Below the pieces are notes generated by a model. That model was not told the DNA's origin. It saw only the letters and a program-made list of their open reading frames with translations, and searched no databases. Below, one piece after another: positions 1 to 11,733 of a stretch of DNA of 64,000 bases. Location: contig CBDDFZ010000002.1 in the NCBI GenBank assembly GCA_965227515.1, positions 1,152,001 through 1,216,000 of the forward strand, written 5' to 3'. Made by a program: the position numbers and the translations under genes. Every line of letters starts with the position of its first letter. Positions within the stretch are counted from its first letter, which is position 1. Origin of the DNA: Alphaproteobacteria bacterium. GTDB taxonomy: Bacteria; Pseudomonadota; Alphaproteobacteria; CALKHQ01.

Positions 1-281
1 ACCATCACGAAGCTCGGCGGCAGCAGTTGCTGGCCCGCCATCACCCGGTCGATCAGGTCGAACGTCGACCAGATGTCGTGCTGCGCCACATGGGCCGATA
101 CCGCAGCGGACAGGCTGGCGCCGGTGCCGTCGATCAGGCGTTCCAACTCCACCTGCTGGTTGGCCTGGAGCCGGTCGAGCACGCTGATCGAGGCAAGCGT
201 GCCGACGGCGGCCATCAGAACCGCGACCACCAGTGGCACTGCCGCGAACAGGGGCATGCGGCGCATCACCGACCGGGTCAC
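1..281 (-). CDS. Probable membrane sensor histidine kinase, N-terminal part (runs off window), AioS/ArxS-like
   Basis: GTG at 281 overlaps the TGA of the upstream gene (GTGA). Translation MTRSVMRRMPLFAAVPLVVAVLMAAVGTLASISVLDRL...DIWSTFDLIDR gives a TM helix plus periplasmic segment. Kinase core not visible. Confidence 0.55.
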   Translation of the reverse strand, partial: MTRSVMRRMPLFAAVPLVVAVLMAAVGTLASISVLDRLQANQQVELERLIDGTGASLSAAVSAHVAQHDIWSTFDLIDRVMAGQQLLPPSFVM

Positions 282-1162
282 GACCGCGTCTCCACGAAAC
301 GGCTGATATCGCCGATGCGGGCATAGTGTTCCGGCGTCACCGCCACGAAACGGTCAAACCGCAACAGGTCAAGCAGGCGGCGCCCCTCGTCGCTGTGTTC
401 CATCTCGAGCAGGGCGGCGGCGATTGCCTCGACCTCCGGCTCATTGCGCCGTGTCGACAGGGCCGCGATCGGCGGGAAGCCGAACCATTCGGACCGCGCG
501 ACCACCTGGCAGGCACTCGTCAGGTCCGGTTCGATCTCGGTCAGCAGTTCCCAGACATAGCCTTCCGCGCTGCCGCTATCGGCAAGACCCGCGGCCACGG
601 CGCGGATCACGTTGCGATGCCCATAGGTGAAGAAGGTCTCGCGGAAGAACGAGGCCGGGGTCTCCCCCTGCTGCGCCAGCAGATAGCGGGTCACGAGATA
701 GCCGGAGTTGGAATCCGGGTCGGAGAAGGCGTGGACGTGGCCGCGCAGGTCGTCCAACGAAGTGGCCGGCCTGGCGGCGTTGGCGACCAGATAGGACTGA
801 TAGAGCGATTGGCCCCGGTAGACCGGTGCCGCGAGCAAGGCCAACTGGCTCGCAAACTGGATATAGGGGTAGCCGCAGATCCAGGCCGCGTGGATCTGGC
901 CACTGAGCAGCAGCGTCATGATCTCCTGGTAGCTGCGCCGCTGCACCAGTTCGACCTGGCGGCCGGTATGCGCCTCGAGTGCCGCTCTGAAGTCGACCTG
1001 GAACTGCTCGTTGGAATCGAGCACGACGGGCGTGAGGCCGAAGCGGACCGGCGGATCGGCGCCGAGGGCGGGCCAGTAGGGTGCAATCGCGAAGGCTGCC
1101 GTGCCCGACACGAAGGCACGGCGCGACACAAGTGCCGGCAGCCGCTGGCTGCAGCTCGCCAT
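278..1162 (-). CDS. Tat-exported PhnD/AioX-like periplasmic oxyanion-binding protein
   Basis: SRRAFV twin-arginine motif; RFGLTP, RSYQE, AWICGYPY, AFSDPDSNSG and TYGH motifs. Start could be 1177. Confidence 0.8.
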   Translation of the reverse strand: MASCSQRLPALVSRRAFVSGTAAFAIAPYWPALGADPPVRFGLTPVVLDSNEQFQVDFRAALEAHTGRQVELVQRRSYQEIMTLLLSGQIHAAWICGYPYIQFASQLALLAAPVYRGQSLYQSYLVANAARPATSLDDLRGHVHAFSDPDSNSGYLVTRYLLAQQGETPASFFRETFFTYGHRNVIRAVAAGLADSGSAEGYVWELLTEIEPDLTSACQVVARSEWFGFPPIAALSTRRNEPEVEAIAAALLEMEHSDEGRRLLDLLRFDRFVAVTPEHYARIGDISRFVETRS

Positions 1163-1410
1163 CTTTTCCTCCCGCACGCCGGACCCACGGCTGCAGTTCG
1201 GCCCTGCGCATGGGCCGCGCCCGTGGGATTCCGGTGGCTGCCGCCTGCCGGCTTCGATACGCTTTCAGCGCGAGTGCCGGTCTCGAAACGACAGCTTGGG
1301 GTCATCGTGCCCGAAAATGCGGACTTGGCCAAGCCGGCTTGAAGCAGTCGACACTTCAGCCCGCCGCGCCCAACGATTTGCCGCCGCCGGACGGGCCGCG
1401 CCGCCAGCCC

Positions 1411-2127
1411 ATGGACTACGATCCGTTTGCCGGCGACACCACGCCGGTACCGTCGTGCTGGAACATGCAGCACCCGGAGTGGAAACACTTCGAGGGCGGG
1501 GCCTGGTATTCGCGCTGGATCGACGATCCAAGGGCCGAGCGCGGCCAGCGATTGGTCTTGAGGGTCGGCGCGGCGAACTACTGCGCGCGGGTATTCCTCG
1601 ATGGCCGGTTCCTCGGCCGCCATCTGGTGGGCCTGACCCCGTTCTTCGTCGACCTGTCGGCGCATATGGATGGGGGTCGCGGCCACCTGATGACCCACGT
1701 GGAGAACAGGCGCCAGCCCGACCGGCTCGCCGACCTGGTCGATATCGTCGGGGTCAACGAGTATTGCGGCTGGTACGACAGCGACCCGGACGACCTTGGG
1801 CGCCTGCTCGCGCGCTATGATCTGGGCAAGCCGCTGGTCATTTCGGAAACCGGCAGCGATGTGGTCGCGGGCCGGGAGGGCTCGGTCGGCGACCTCTATA
1901 GCGAGGCGTTCGGCGACGACTATCTCGCGCGCCAGATCGTGCAGGTCGCGGCCTCCGACGCGGTGAAGGGCTTCTGCCCCTGGTTGCTCTACGACTTCAG
2001 GACCGAGCGGCGGCAGAACACTGACCAGCGCGGCTACAACCGCAAGGGCCTGATCGCCGACGACAAGACGACCCGAAAACGCACCTTCGCGCGCCTGTCC
2101 GCCTTCTACCGCAGCAATCGGGCATGA
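1411..2127 (+). pseudogene. Glycoside hydrolase family 2 (beta-glucuronidase-like) remnant with large in-frame internal deletion
   Basis: Sugar-binding domain (VPSCWN, EGGAWY, GAANY, G.TPF) is joined directly to the C-terminal TIM-barrel half (DIVGVNEYCGWY, KPLVISETG, DFRT, YNRKGL). Ig-like domain and acid/base NE region absent. Confidence 0.7.
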
Positions 2128-2162
2128 GCGTCAGGCATACGGTCATGGGCTTGTAGGGCGGT

Positions 2163-2252
2163 TGGCGGAGAGAGAGGGATTCGAACCCTCGGTACGCTTA
2201 CGCGTACAACGGTTTTCGAGACCGTCCCGTTCAACCACTCCGGCACCTCTCC
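2163..2252 (-). tRNA. tRNA-Ser(CGA)
   Basis: Reverse complement GGAGAGGTGCCGGAGTGGTTGAACGGGACGGTCT-CGA-AAACCGT, long variable arm, GGTTCGAATCC T-arm, 3' CCA encoded. Confidence 0.97.
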
Positions 2253-2457
2253 GCAAGGCCCGGCCCAGGCGCCGCTGGCGCCGTTGGCAAGGCGGGCGGA
2301 CCATAATGCAACGCGCCATCAAACTGCAACCTGTACCGGGGCACGTTAGCCGGGCCACCTTGCGATCGCCCTATTTGGGGTTCATGGTCGCGGGCTTCAA
2401 CCGCGTTGGCCGTCCAGGTGCCCTGGTGCGGCAGCGGGAATGTTTCAGGAGACCCCC

Positions 2458-3441
2458 ATGTCCGAACCGTCCCCCCACGCAACCGGCAGTGTCTTCCGTC
2501 GACTGCGCACAGCGGCCCTGGCGGTCGCGGGCGTGCTGGCCGGAGTCGGTGCCGGCGTCGGTGCCGGCCTCGGTGGTGGGGCGCCGGCGCTGGCTGACAG
2601 CCACGCGGCCGACCATCAGGTCTATGGCGACACCCTGATCTGGCGGCTGACCCCGCCGGATGGCGGCCCGGCCAGCCATATCGTCGGCACCATGCACGTG
2701 CCGGACGAGCGGCTGGAGCCCATCCTGCAGCGCGCGCTGGCCCAGCTTGACGGGGCTGACATGCTGATCGTTGAGGCCGACGTCACCGGCGAGGCCCAGA
2801 TGGCGATCGCCGCCCAGATGATGATGACCGACGGCTCCCAACTGGCGGACCTCATCGGCCAGCAGTTGTATGACCGCCTGGTGGAGATCGGCGCGGCCTA
2901 CGGCATGCCGTCGTTCTTTCTGCGCACCTTGAAGCCGTGGGGGGCGGCGATGCTGATCAGCGTGCCGCCGGAACAGATGACGCGGATGGCGGCTGGCGAG
3001 GAAGTGTTCGACCAGCGGTTGATCAGCGCGGCACAGGCCCAGGGCACGCCGGTGCTCTACCTGGAGGATATCCAGGAGCAGATCGACGCCTTTTCCGACT
3101 ATTCGCTCGATCAGCAGGTCGCGATGCTGGACTTCGCCATCCGCCTCTACCCGCAGCTCGATGGCATGTTCGCCCGCATGATGGAGCTCTACGTTTCCGA
3201 CGATCTGGCGGGCCTTGCCTATTTTGCCCTGGAGGAGATGACCGTCGACGACCCGGCATTGTCGGACGCGATCAGCGAGAACCTGATCTATCAGCGCAAT
3301 GCCAACATGGCGGAGCGGATCGCCGAGATGTCGGCGGGGCAGGCGGCGCTGGTCGGCATCGGCGCGCTTCATCTGCCGGGCGAGCGTGGGGTTCTGAACC
3401 TGCTGGCGGCCGAGGGCTGGACCGTCGAACCGGCGGAGTGA
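2458..3441 (+). CDS. TraB/GumN family protein, probably exported
   Basis: LIWRL...SHIVGTMH, LE...EQ, RNANM, VGIGALHLPGERG motifs; signal-like N-terminus; AGGAG upstream. Confidence 0.85.
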   Translation: MSEPSPHATGSVFRRLRTAALAVAGVLAGVGAGVGAGLGGGAPALADSHAADHQVYGDTLIWRLTPPDGGPASHIVGTMHVPDERLEPILQRALAQLDGADMLIVEADVTGEAQMAIAAQMMMTDGSQLADLIGQQLYDRLVEIGAAYGMPSFFLRTLKPWGAAMLISVPPEQMTRMAAGEEVFDQRLISAAQAQGTPVLYLEDIQEQIDAFSDYSLDQQVAMLDFAIRLYPQLDGMFARMMELYVSDDLAGLAYFALEEMTVDDPALSDAISENLIYQRNANMAERIAEMSAGQAALVGIGALHLPGERGVLNLLAAEGWTVEPAE

Positions 3442-3481
3442 TTTTCCGGCACGTTCCGCGGCAAATCGGGGCCGTTTCCCG

Positions 3482-3509
3482 TTGACTTGAGATCGCCGCT
3501 ACGTATAGT
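3482..3509 (+). promoter_or_regulatory. Putative sigma70 promoter of rplU-rpmA
   Basis: TTGACT-N16-TATAGT upstream of rplU. Confidence 0.55.
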
Positions 3510-3694
3510 GCGCGGCTTGCGCCGGCCAGCGCCGTTTGCGCATGTATCGGCATGTATTCAGTTCGGGGTTGCGCGGCCGGTTTTGTGCCGATGCGGCGAT
3601 CCGGGCGGAAACTCCAGGATCAAGGGCCCCCAGGACGATGGGTCTGGCACGCCACCGACGGCGTGCTCGGCGTGGCCCAGGGTGAGGACGAGAA

Positions 3695-4555
3695 ATGTAC
3701 GCAGTCATCAAGACCGGCGGCAAGCAATACCGCGTTCAGCAGGACGACCGCATCATGGTCGAGCGTCTGGCGGGCGAGGCCGGTCAGCGGGTGCGCCTGG
3801 GCGAAGTGCTGATGATCGCTGACGGCGAGGACATCACCCTCGGCGCGCCGATGATCGAAGGTGCCGCGGTGGACGCCACGGTGGTCGAGCAGGCGCGCGG
3901 CGACAAGATCATCGTGTTCAAGAAGCGCCGCCGGCACAACTACCGCCGGACCAAGGGCCATCGCCAGGACCTGACGTTGCTCAAGATCGACAGCATCATG
4001 GCCGATGCCTCGGGCACGCCCGCGCCGGAGCCGGCGGAGAAGGCGAAGCCGAAGCGCGGTGGTTCGAAGGACGCCACCAAGGACGCCAAGTCGGACGCGG
4101 CGACTCCGTTCAAGAAGTCGACCAAGGGCAAGGTGAAGAAGGACCAGGCGCCCGCCGAGGAGGCTAAGACCGAGGACGTTGCGGCCCAGGCTGCGGCGCC
4201 CGAGGCCGCCGCGCCTGCGACCGAGGCCCCGGAAGCGAAGGCCCCGGCCAAGAAGGATGCCAAGGCCGAGAAGCCTGCCGAGGATACTGCTGCCGAAGAC
4301 GTGGCCGAGTCCGAGCCGGCCGGCCTGCTGAGCGCGCCCGATGGCGACAAGGACGACCTGAAGAAGATCAGCGGCGTCGGCCCGAAGCTGGAAGGTGTGC
4401 TGAACGAGCTTGGCGTCTATCATTACCGCCAGATCGCGGCCTGGACGCCGGAGAATGTCGCCTGGGTCGACAACCGGCTGAAGTTCAAGGGCCGCATCGA
4501 ACGCGACGGGTGGATCGAGCAGGCCAAAGAGCTCGACGCCGGCAAGGAGGGCTGA
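3695..4555 (+). CDS. rplU: 50S ribosomal protein bL21 with Ala/Lys/Glu-rich linker and C-terminal HhH-like domain
   Basis: [14 protein letters not shown]...KGHRQ core; C-terminal [12 protein letters not shown]...[12 protein letters not shown]. Confidence 0.95.
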   Translation: MYAVIKTGGKQYRVQQDDRIMVERLAGEAGQRVRLGEVLMIADGEDITLGAPMIEGAAVDATVVEQARGDKIIVFKKRRRHNYRRTKGHRQDLTLLKIDSIMADASGTPAPEPAEKAKPKRGGSKDATKDAKSDAATPFKKSTKGKVKKDQAPAEEAKTEDVAAQAAAPEAAAPATEAPEAKAPAKKDAKAEKPAEDTAAEDVAESEPAGLLSAPDGDKDDLKKISGVGPKLEGVLNELGVYHYRQIAAWTPENVAWVDNRLKFKGRIERDGWIEQAKELDAGKEG

Positions 4556-4559
4556 ACAG

Positions 4560-4829
4560 ATGGCACATAAGAAAGCAGGTGGCAGCTCCCGCAACGGGCG
4601 CGACAGTCCGGGTCAGCGGCTTGGCGTGAAGAAGTTCGGCGGCGAGCGCGTTGCGGCCGGCAACATCATCGTGCGCCAGTGCGGCACCAAGTTCCATCCG
4701 GGCACCGGTGTCGGCCTCGGCAACGATTTCACCATCTTCGCCACCACCGATGGCGAGGTGAGCTTCCGGCGCCGGGCCAAGGGCCGCGTCTATGTGTCGG
4801 TGACGCCGTTGGCGGAGGCCGCCGAGTAG
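4560..4829 (+). CDS. rpmA: 50S ribosomal protein bL27
   Basis: [16 protein letters not shown]...RLGVK; follows rplU. Confidence 0.97.
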   Translation: MAHKKAGGSSRNGRDSPGQRLGVKKFGGERVAAGNIIVRQCGTKFHPGTGVGLGNDFTIFATTDGEVSFRRRAKGRVYVSVTPLAEAAE

Positions 4830-4928
4830 CGCCGCGCCCGCGCATCCAAGGTATTCGATGGGGAATGGCGCGCCATTCCCCATTTTTCTTTGTGTCGTCG
4901 TTTCTCGAGATCAGTTGTCGCTGATCCT

Positions 4929-7316
<2,388 letters not shown>

Positions 7317-7406
7317 CAATTATCCGAGGTAATGGTTTATTAGCCGGTCCTTGCCAGGATTTGGCACTGTGCAGTGATCGGTATTGTTGACCCGAGGCGA
7401 TAGTCC

Positions 7407-7787
7407 ATGAGCCAAGTCCAACTGAACGAACCCTCGATGGAACCGCCACCCGCGCCAGCTGAGCCAGTCGATGACAAGCGGCGCGAGACGCGCGAAAGCC
7501 CCGAGAGCGGGGTGATCGTTATCAATGACCGGCGGTACAACATCATCGATTGGAGTTCCTCGGCAGTGAAGATTGCCAGCTTCGAGGGCGATCCCACCGC
7601 GACCGAAACCCTTGATGCCGACGTGGAGATCGAGAGCGCGAGCGAGCGTTTCGCATTCCATTGCGGCTTGCGCCCGGTCTGGTTCGACAACGAGACTGGC
7701 GACATGGCTGCTGTGTTCGTGATGCTATCGCGCGAAAGCCGGGTCGCCATCGCTGACCATTTCGACGCCATGGGTAAGGCGGCCTGA
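7407..7787 (+). CDS. Small PilZ-like domain protein
   Basis: KRRETR (RxxxR) and IDWSSSA (degenerate D/NxSxxG) followed by beta-rich sequence. Confidence 0.5.
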   Translation: MSQVQLNEPSMEPPPAPAEPVDDKRRETRESPESGVIVINDRRYNIIDWSSSAVKIASFEGDPTATETLDADVEIESASERFAFHCGLRPVWFDNETGDMAAVFVMLSRESRVAIADHFDAMGKAA

Positions 7788-7966
7788 CAGTCGCCGGTGC
7801 GGCCTGTCAGAGGCCGTGCCCACCATGCCGCCGTCGCGCCGATTTGCCGGTTGACAAGGCCGCGGGCGAACCCGTCTAAGAACATCGCTGAAATGTCGCG
7901 CCCGCCGGCGTTCATCGCGGCTGGCCGATGGCCCGCGTCCCTCGCACATACCACGGATCGCACGAT

Positions 7967-9502
7967 ATGAGCGCCAGTACGCCCTCCCGCCTCGCCAACT
8001 ACATTGCCGGCCTCGGTGGCAATGCGCCCGACTCGGGCGCCGCAGCCTATTACGCGTCGCTGGACCAGGTGGCGTCGGTGTCGCCGTCGATCGCGGCCTC
8101 GGTTGTCGACGAGCTGCGCGACCAGCGCGCCAACGTGAAGATGATCGCCAGCGAGAACTACTGCTCGCTGGCCACCCAGCTTGCCATGGGCAATCTGCTC
8201 ACCGACAAATATGCCGAGGGCAAGCCCAACGGCCGCTTCTACGCCGGTTGCGACAACGTCGATGCCATCGAGACCGAGGCCAAGGCGCTGGCGGAAGAGC
8301 TGTTCGGCGCCGACCATGCCTATGTGCAGCCGCACTCCGGCGTCGACGCCAATTTCTCCGCCCTGTTCGCGATCCTGTTCGCGCGGGTGCGCGCGCCGTA
8401 TCTGGAGAAGCTGGGCGACAAGCGGCCGGAGGAGGTGTCGGCTGAGAACTGGCGCGCGCTCAGCGCCGAGCTCACCAAGCAGAAGCTCCTGGGCCTCGAC
8501 TACTATTCCGGCGGCCATCTGACCCATGGCTACCGTTTCAACATCATCTCCAACCTGGTCGACGTGCACACCTATACGGTGGACCCGGAGACCATGCTGC
8601 TCGACTACGACGCGATCTGGCGGCAGTTGCAGGAGGTGCGGCCGCTGATCTTCCTCGCCGGCTATTCCGCCTACTCGCGCGCCATCGACTTCGCCAAGAT
8701 GCGCGATATGGCCGACCAGGTGGGCGCGGTCCTGTGGGTCGACATGGCGCACTTCGCGGGCCTGGTCGCCGGCAAGGTGTTCCAGGGCAACGAGGACCCG
8801 GTCGCCCACGCGCAGATGGTCTCCACCACCACCCACAAGACGCTGCGCGGCCCGCGCGGCGGCATGGTGCTGTGCCAGGACGAGTTCGCCGAGTGGGCGG
8901 ACAAGGGCTGCCCGACCAACCTGGGCGGGCCGATGGCCCACGTGATGGCGGCCAAGGCGGTGTCGTTCCGCGAGGCGATGAAACCGGCCTTCCAGGACTA
9001 TGCCGGCCGCATCGTCGAGAACGCCCGCGCGCTGGCCGAGGCGTGCGTCGCCAAGGGCATGAACGTGCTGACCGGCGGCACCGACAACCACATGATCGTC
9101 ATCGACATCGCCGACCAGTACGGGCTGACCGGCCGCCAGGCGGAGACCGCGCTGCGCGACTGCGGCATGACGCTGAACCGCAACGCGATCCCGTTCGACC
9201 GCAACGGGGCCTGGTTCACCAGCGGGTTGCGCGTCGGCACGCCGGCCACCACGACGCTGGGCATGGGCGCCGACGAGATGGCGGTGCTGGCCGACGTGAT
9301 GCACGGCGTGCTGGCCGCATGCACGCCCGACACGGTCAACGGCAAACCCAGCCGCGCCAAGGTGATCGTGGAACCGACCGCCGCCGCCAAGGCCCGCGCC
9401 CAGGTCAGCGAGCTTCTGCAGCGCTATCCGCTGTACCCGGAGATCGACCTCGACATCGCCTATGGCGGCGCGGACGCCGCTGCCCAGCGGGCTGTGGCCT
9501 AA
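7967..9502 (+). CDS. glyA: Serine hydroxymethyltransferase, long insertion-containing type
   Basis: IASEN, KYAEG, QPHSG, GGHLTHG, DMAHFAGL, TTTHKTLRGPRGG, GGTDNH, SGLRVGTPA. Confidence 0.93.
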   Translation: MSASTPSRLANYIAGLGGNAPDSGAAAYYASLDQVASVSPSIAASVVDELRDQRANVKMIASENYCSLATQLAMGNLLTDKYAEGKPNGRFYAGCDNVDAIETEAKALAEELFGADHAYVQPHSGVDANFSALFAILFARVRAPYLEKLGDKRPEEVSAENWRALSAELTKQKLLGLDYYSGGHLTHGYRFNIISNLVDVHTYTVDPETMLLDYDAIWRQLQEVRPLIFLAGYSAYSRAIDFAKMRDMADQVGAVLWVDMAHFAGLVAGKVFQGNEDPVAHAQMVSTTTHKTLRGPRGGMVLCQDEFAEWADKGCPTNLGGPMAHVMAAKAVSFREAMKPAFQDYAGRIVENARALAEACVAKGMNVLTGGTDNHMIVIDIADQYGLTGRQAETALRDCGMTLNRNAIPFDRNGAWFTSGLRVGTPATTTLGMGADEMAVLADVMHGVLAACTPDTVNGKPSRAKVIVEPTAAAKARAQVSELLQRYPLYPEIDLDIAYGGADAAAQRAVA

Positions 9503-9511
9503 CTTTGAATT

Positions 9512-9641
9512 GTCGTCCTCGCCCTTGTGGCGAGGACCCATCGAAGTGCCGCGCGTGCCGCCGCCCGACAGACATAGCTGTTCTTGCAGTCCTCCGGCGC
9601 ACTGCACACAAATGGGCCCTCGCCACTAGGGCGAGGGCGAC
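9512..9641. repeat. Palindromic repeat family B (double hairpin), copy 1
   Basis: GTCGTCCTCGCCCTTGTGGCGAGGACCCAT ... ATGGGCCCTCGCCACTAGGGCGAGGGCGAC. Confidence 0.88.
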
Positions 9642-9754
9642 GGGTTGGCAAAATCGGCGGCACCGATACACGTCCCCGGAATTGCCACCCCATCTGGCGG
9701 TGCCGTGCGCAGCGGACTATTCTCGCCTGACAATCACGAACCCAGGAAACGCCC

Positions 9755-10693
9755 ATGCCGCCGCCCGCCCGTAAGGTCGTCATCACCTGTGCCGTCACCG
9801 GCGCCATCCACACGCCCACCATGTCGGACGCGCTGCCGATCACGCCCAACGAGATCGCCTCGGAGTCCATCGCGGCGGCGGAGGCCGGCGCCTCCATCAT
9901 CCACCTGCACGCGCGCAACCCGGAGGACGGCAGCCCGACGCCCGATCCGGCCGTGTTCATGGAGTTCCTGCCGCGCATCAAGCAGTCGTGCGACGCGGTG
10001 GTGAACATCACCACCGGCGGCGGGCTCAACATGACGCTGGAGGAGCGGCTGGCCGCCCCGATGCAGGCCGAGCCGGAGATGTGCTCGTGCAATATGGGCT
10101 CGATGAACTTCGGCATCTTCCGGGCCGCCAAGCGCTTCGACACATGGAAGCACGACTGGGAGAAGCCCTATCTGGAGCGCACCGACGACCACATCTTCAG
10201 GAACACGTTCAAGGACGTGACCTACATGCTCAAGCACCTGGGCGAGGGCTGCGGCACCAAGTTCGAGTTCGAGTGCTACGACATCGGCCACCTCTACAAC
10301 CTGGCCTATTTCCTCGACGAGGGGCTGGTGAAGCCGCCGATGCTGGTGCAGTCGATCTTCGGGATATTGGGCGGCATCGGCACCGGGCTGGAGAACGTCG
10401 CCTTCATGAAGCAGACGGCGGACAAGCTGTTCGGCGACGACTATGTGTGGAGCGTGCTCGGCGCCGGCCGCCACCAGATGCCGATCGCCACCCAGTCGCT
10501 GCTGCTGGGTGGCAATGTGCGCGTCGGCCTGGAGGACAGCCTCTACATCGGCCCCGGCAAGCTCGCCCAGTCCAACGCCGACCAGGTGAAGAAGATCCGC
10601 ACCATTCTGGAGACGCTGGACCTGGAGGTCGCGACGCCGGACGAGGCCCGCGGCATGCTGAACCTGAAGGGCGGCGATCAGGTCAATTTCTAA
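9755..10693 (+). CDS. Beta-keto acid cleavage enzyme (BKACE/DUF849) family protein
   Basis: VITCAVTGAIHTP, AGASIIHLHAR, NITTGG, SCNMGSMNF, EFECYD, NVRVGLEDS. Confidence 0.92.
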   Translation: MPPPARKVVITCAVTGAIHTPTMSDALPITPNEIASESIAAAEAGASIIHLHARNPEDGSPTPDPAVFMEFLPRIKQSCDAVVNITTGGGLNMTLEERLAAPMQAEPEMCSCNMGSMNFGIFRAAKRFDTWKHDWEKPYLERTDDHIFRNTFKDVTYMLKHLGEGCGTKFEFECYDIGHLYNLAYFLDEGLVKPPMLVQSIFGILGGIGTGLENVAFMKQTADKLFGDDYVWSVLGAGRHQMPIATQSLLLGGNVRVGLEDSLYIGPGKLAQSNADQVKKIRTILETLDLEVATPDEARGMLNLKGGDQVNF

Positions 10694-10697
10694 GACC

Positions 10698-11633
10698 ATG
10701 TCCGCTGCCGAAAAGCGTAACATTGCCGGCGGTGGGTCCCACAGCATCCTGGTCGCCGACGGCCTGGACGAGGTCGCGCTGATCGACAGCGGCGGCGGGC
10801 GCAAGCTTGAGCGCCTTGGCGCCGTCACCGTCGACCGGCCGGAGCCGCAGGCGATGTGGCGCCGGGCGGCCGACGACGGCACGTGGGACGCCGCCGACGC
10901 CGTGTTCGCCGGCGATGACGAAGCCAATGACCAGGGGGCTGGGCAGGGGCGTTGGAAGCACAACGGCAAGCCCTCGCCGCCGTGGCCGGTTCAGCTGATG
11001 GGGCTCACCGCCGTCTGCCGGTTCACCAGCTTCCGCCATCTCGGCATTTTCCCCGAGCAGGTGCCGCACTGGCGCTGGATGGAACAACGCCTTCAAGGAA
11101 CCGGCGGCCGGCCGGCCGTGTTGAACCTGTTCGGCTACACCGGCATCGCCAGCCTGCTGGCGGCGCGGGCGGGCGCGCAGGTCACCCACGTCGACGCCTC
11201 CAAGAAAGCGGTGCAGTGGGCGCGCGAGAACCAGGGTGCCTCCGGGTTCGATGACCTGCCGATCCGCTGGATCGTCGACGATGCGCGCAAGTTCGCGGCG
11301 CGGGAGGTGCGGCGCGGGCGTCGCTACCAGGGCATCTTGATCGACCCGCCGAAGTTCGGGCGCGGCCCCAACGGCGAAGTGTGGGAGCTGTTCGACCACC
11401 TGCCGGCGCTGATCGCCGACTGCGCGGAGGTATTGGAGCGCGAGAACGCCTTCCTGATCCTGACCAGCTATGCGGTGCGCGCGTCGTTCCTGGCGTTCGA
11501 GGGACTGGTCCGCGAGGCGCTGGCCGGCCATGGCGGCGGCATCGACAGCGGCGAGCTTGCGGTGCGGGAGGCGTCCGCCGGCCGGCTGCTGCCGACGTCG
11601 ATGTTCGTGCGGTGGAACAGCACCAGTGCGTAG
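10698..11633 (+). CDS. Class I SAM-dependent methyltransferase (RlmI/RlmK-like)
   Basis: LIDSG..RKLER, DRPEPQAMW, HLGIFPEQ, VLNLFGYTG, IDPPKFGRGP. Confidence 0.85.
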   Translation: MSAAEKRNIAGGGSHSILVADGLDEVALIDSGGGRKLERLGAVTVDRPEPQAMWRRAADDGTWDAADAVFAGDDEANDQGAGQGRWKHNGKPSPPWPVQLMGLTAVCRFTSFRHLGIFPEQVPHWRWMEQRLQGTGGRPAVLNLFGYTGIASLLAARAGAQVTHVDASKKAVQWARENQGASGFDDLPIRWIVDDARKFAAREVRRGRRYQGILIDPPKFGRGPNGEVWELFDHLPALIADCAEVLERENAFLILTSYAVRASFLAFEGLVREALAGHGGGIDSGELAVREASAGRLLPTSMFVRWNSTSA

Positions 11634-11715
11634 CCCGGGTGAAGTGCAACGAAACCCGGGATTCGTGCCGCTGCATGTTCGGCCCCGGGTTGCGCTCCGC
11701 TCCACCCGGGCTACG
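11629..11715. repeat. GTAG-type REP doublet (REPIN-like)
   Basis: CGTAGCCCGGGTGAAG...AAACCCGGG and its inverted partner CCCGGGTT...CCACCCGGGCTACG. Confidence 0.75.
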
Positions 11716-11733
11716 GTGTCTGCGTCGTAGCTT

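Noticed and set aside
2100-2170. Integrative element att site at the tRNA-Ser 3' end
   Set aside because: No integrase or duplicated tRNA 3' end is visible in the window; it cannot be excluded further left.
2143-2638. ORFs overlapping the tRNA
   Set aside because: They translate the tRNA-Ser sequence (MAEREGFEPS is a typical tRNA artefact).
7788-7966. ZMP/ZTP or glycine riboswitch upstream of glyA
   Set aside because: No recognisable consensus seen by eye.
7340-9607. 755-aa minus-strand ORF (also 19828-22191, 52507-55707, 61831-63798 and others)
   Set aside because: Antisense shadows of well-supported genes, expected from high-GC codon bias; no recognisable motifs.
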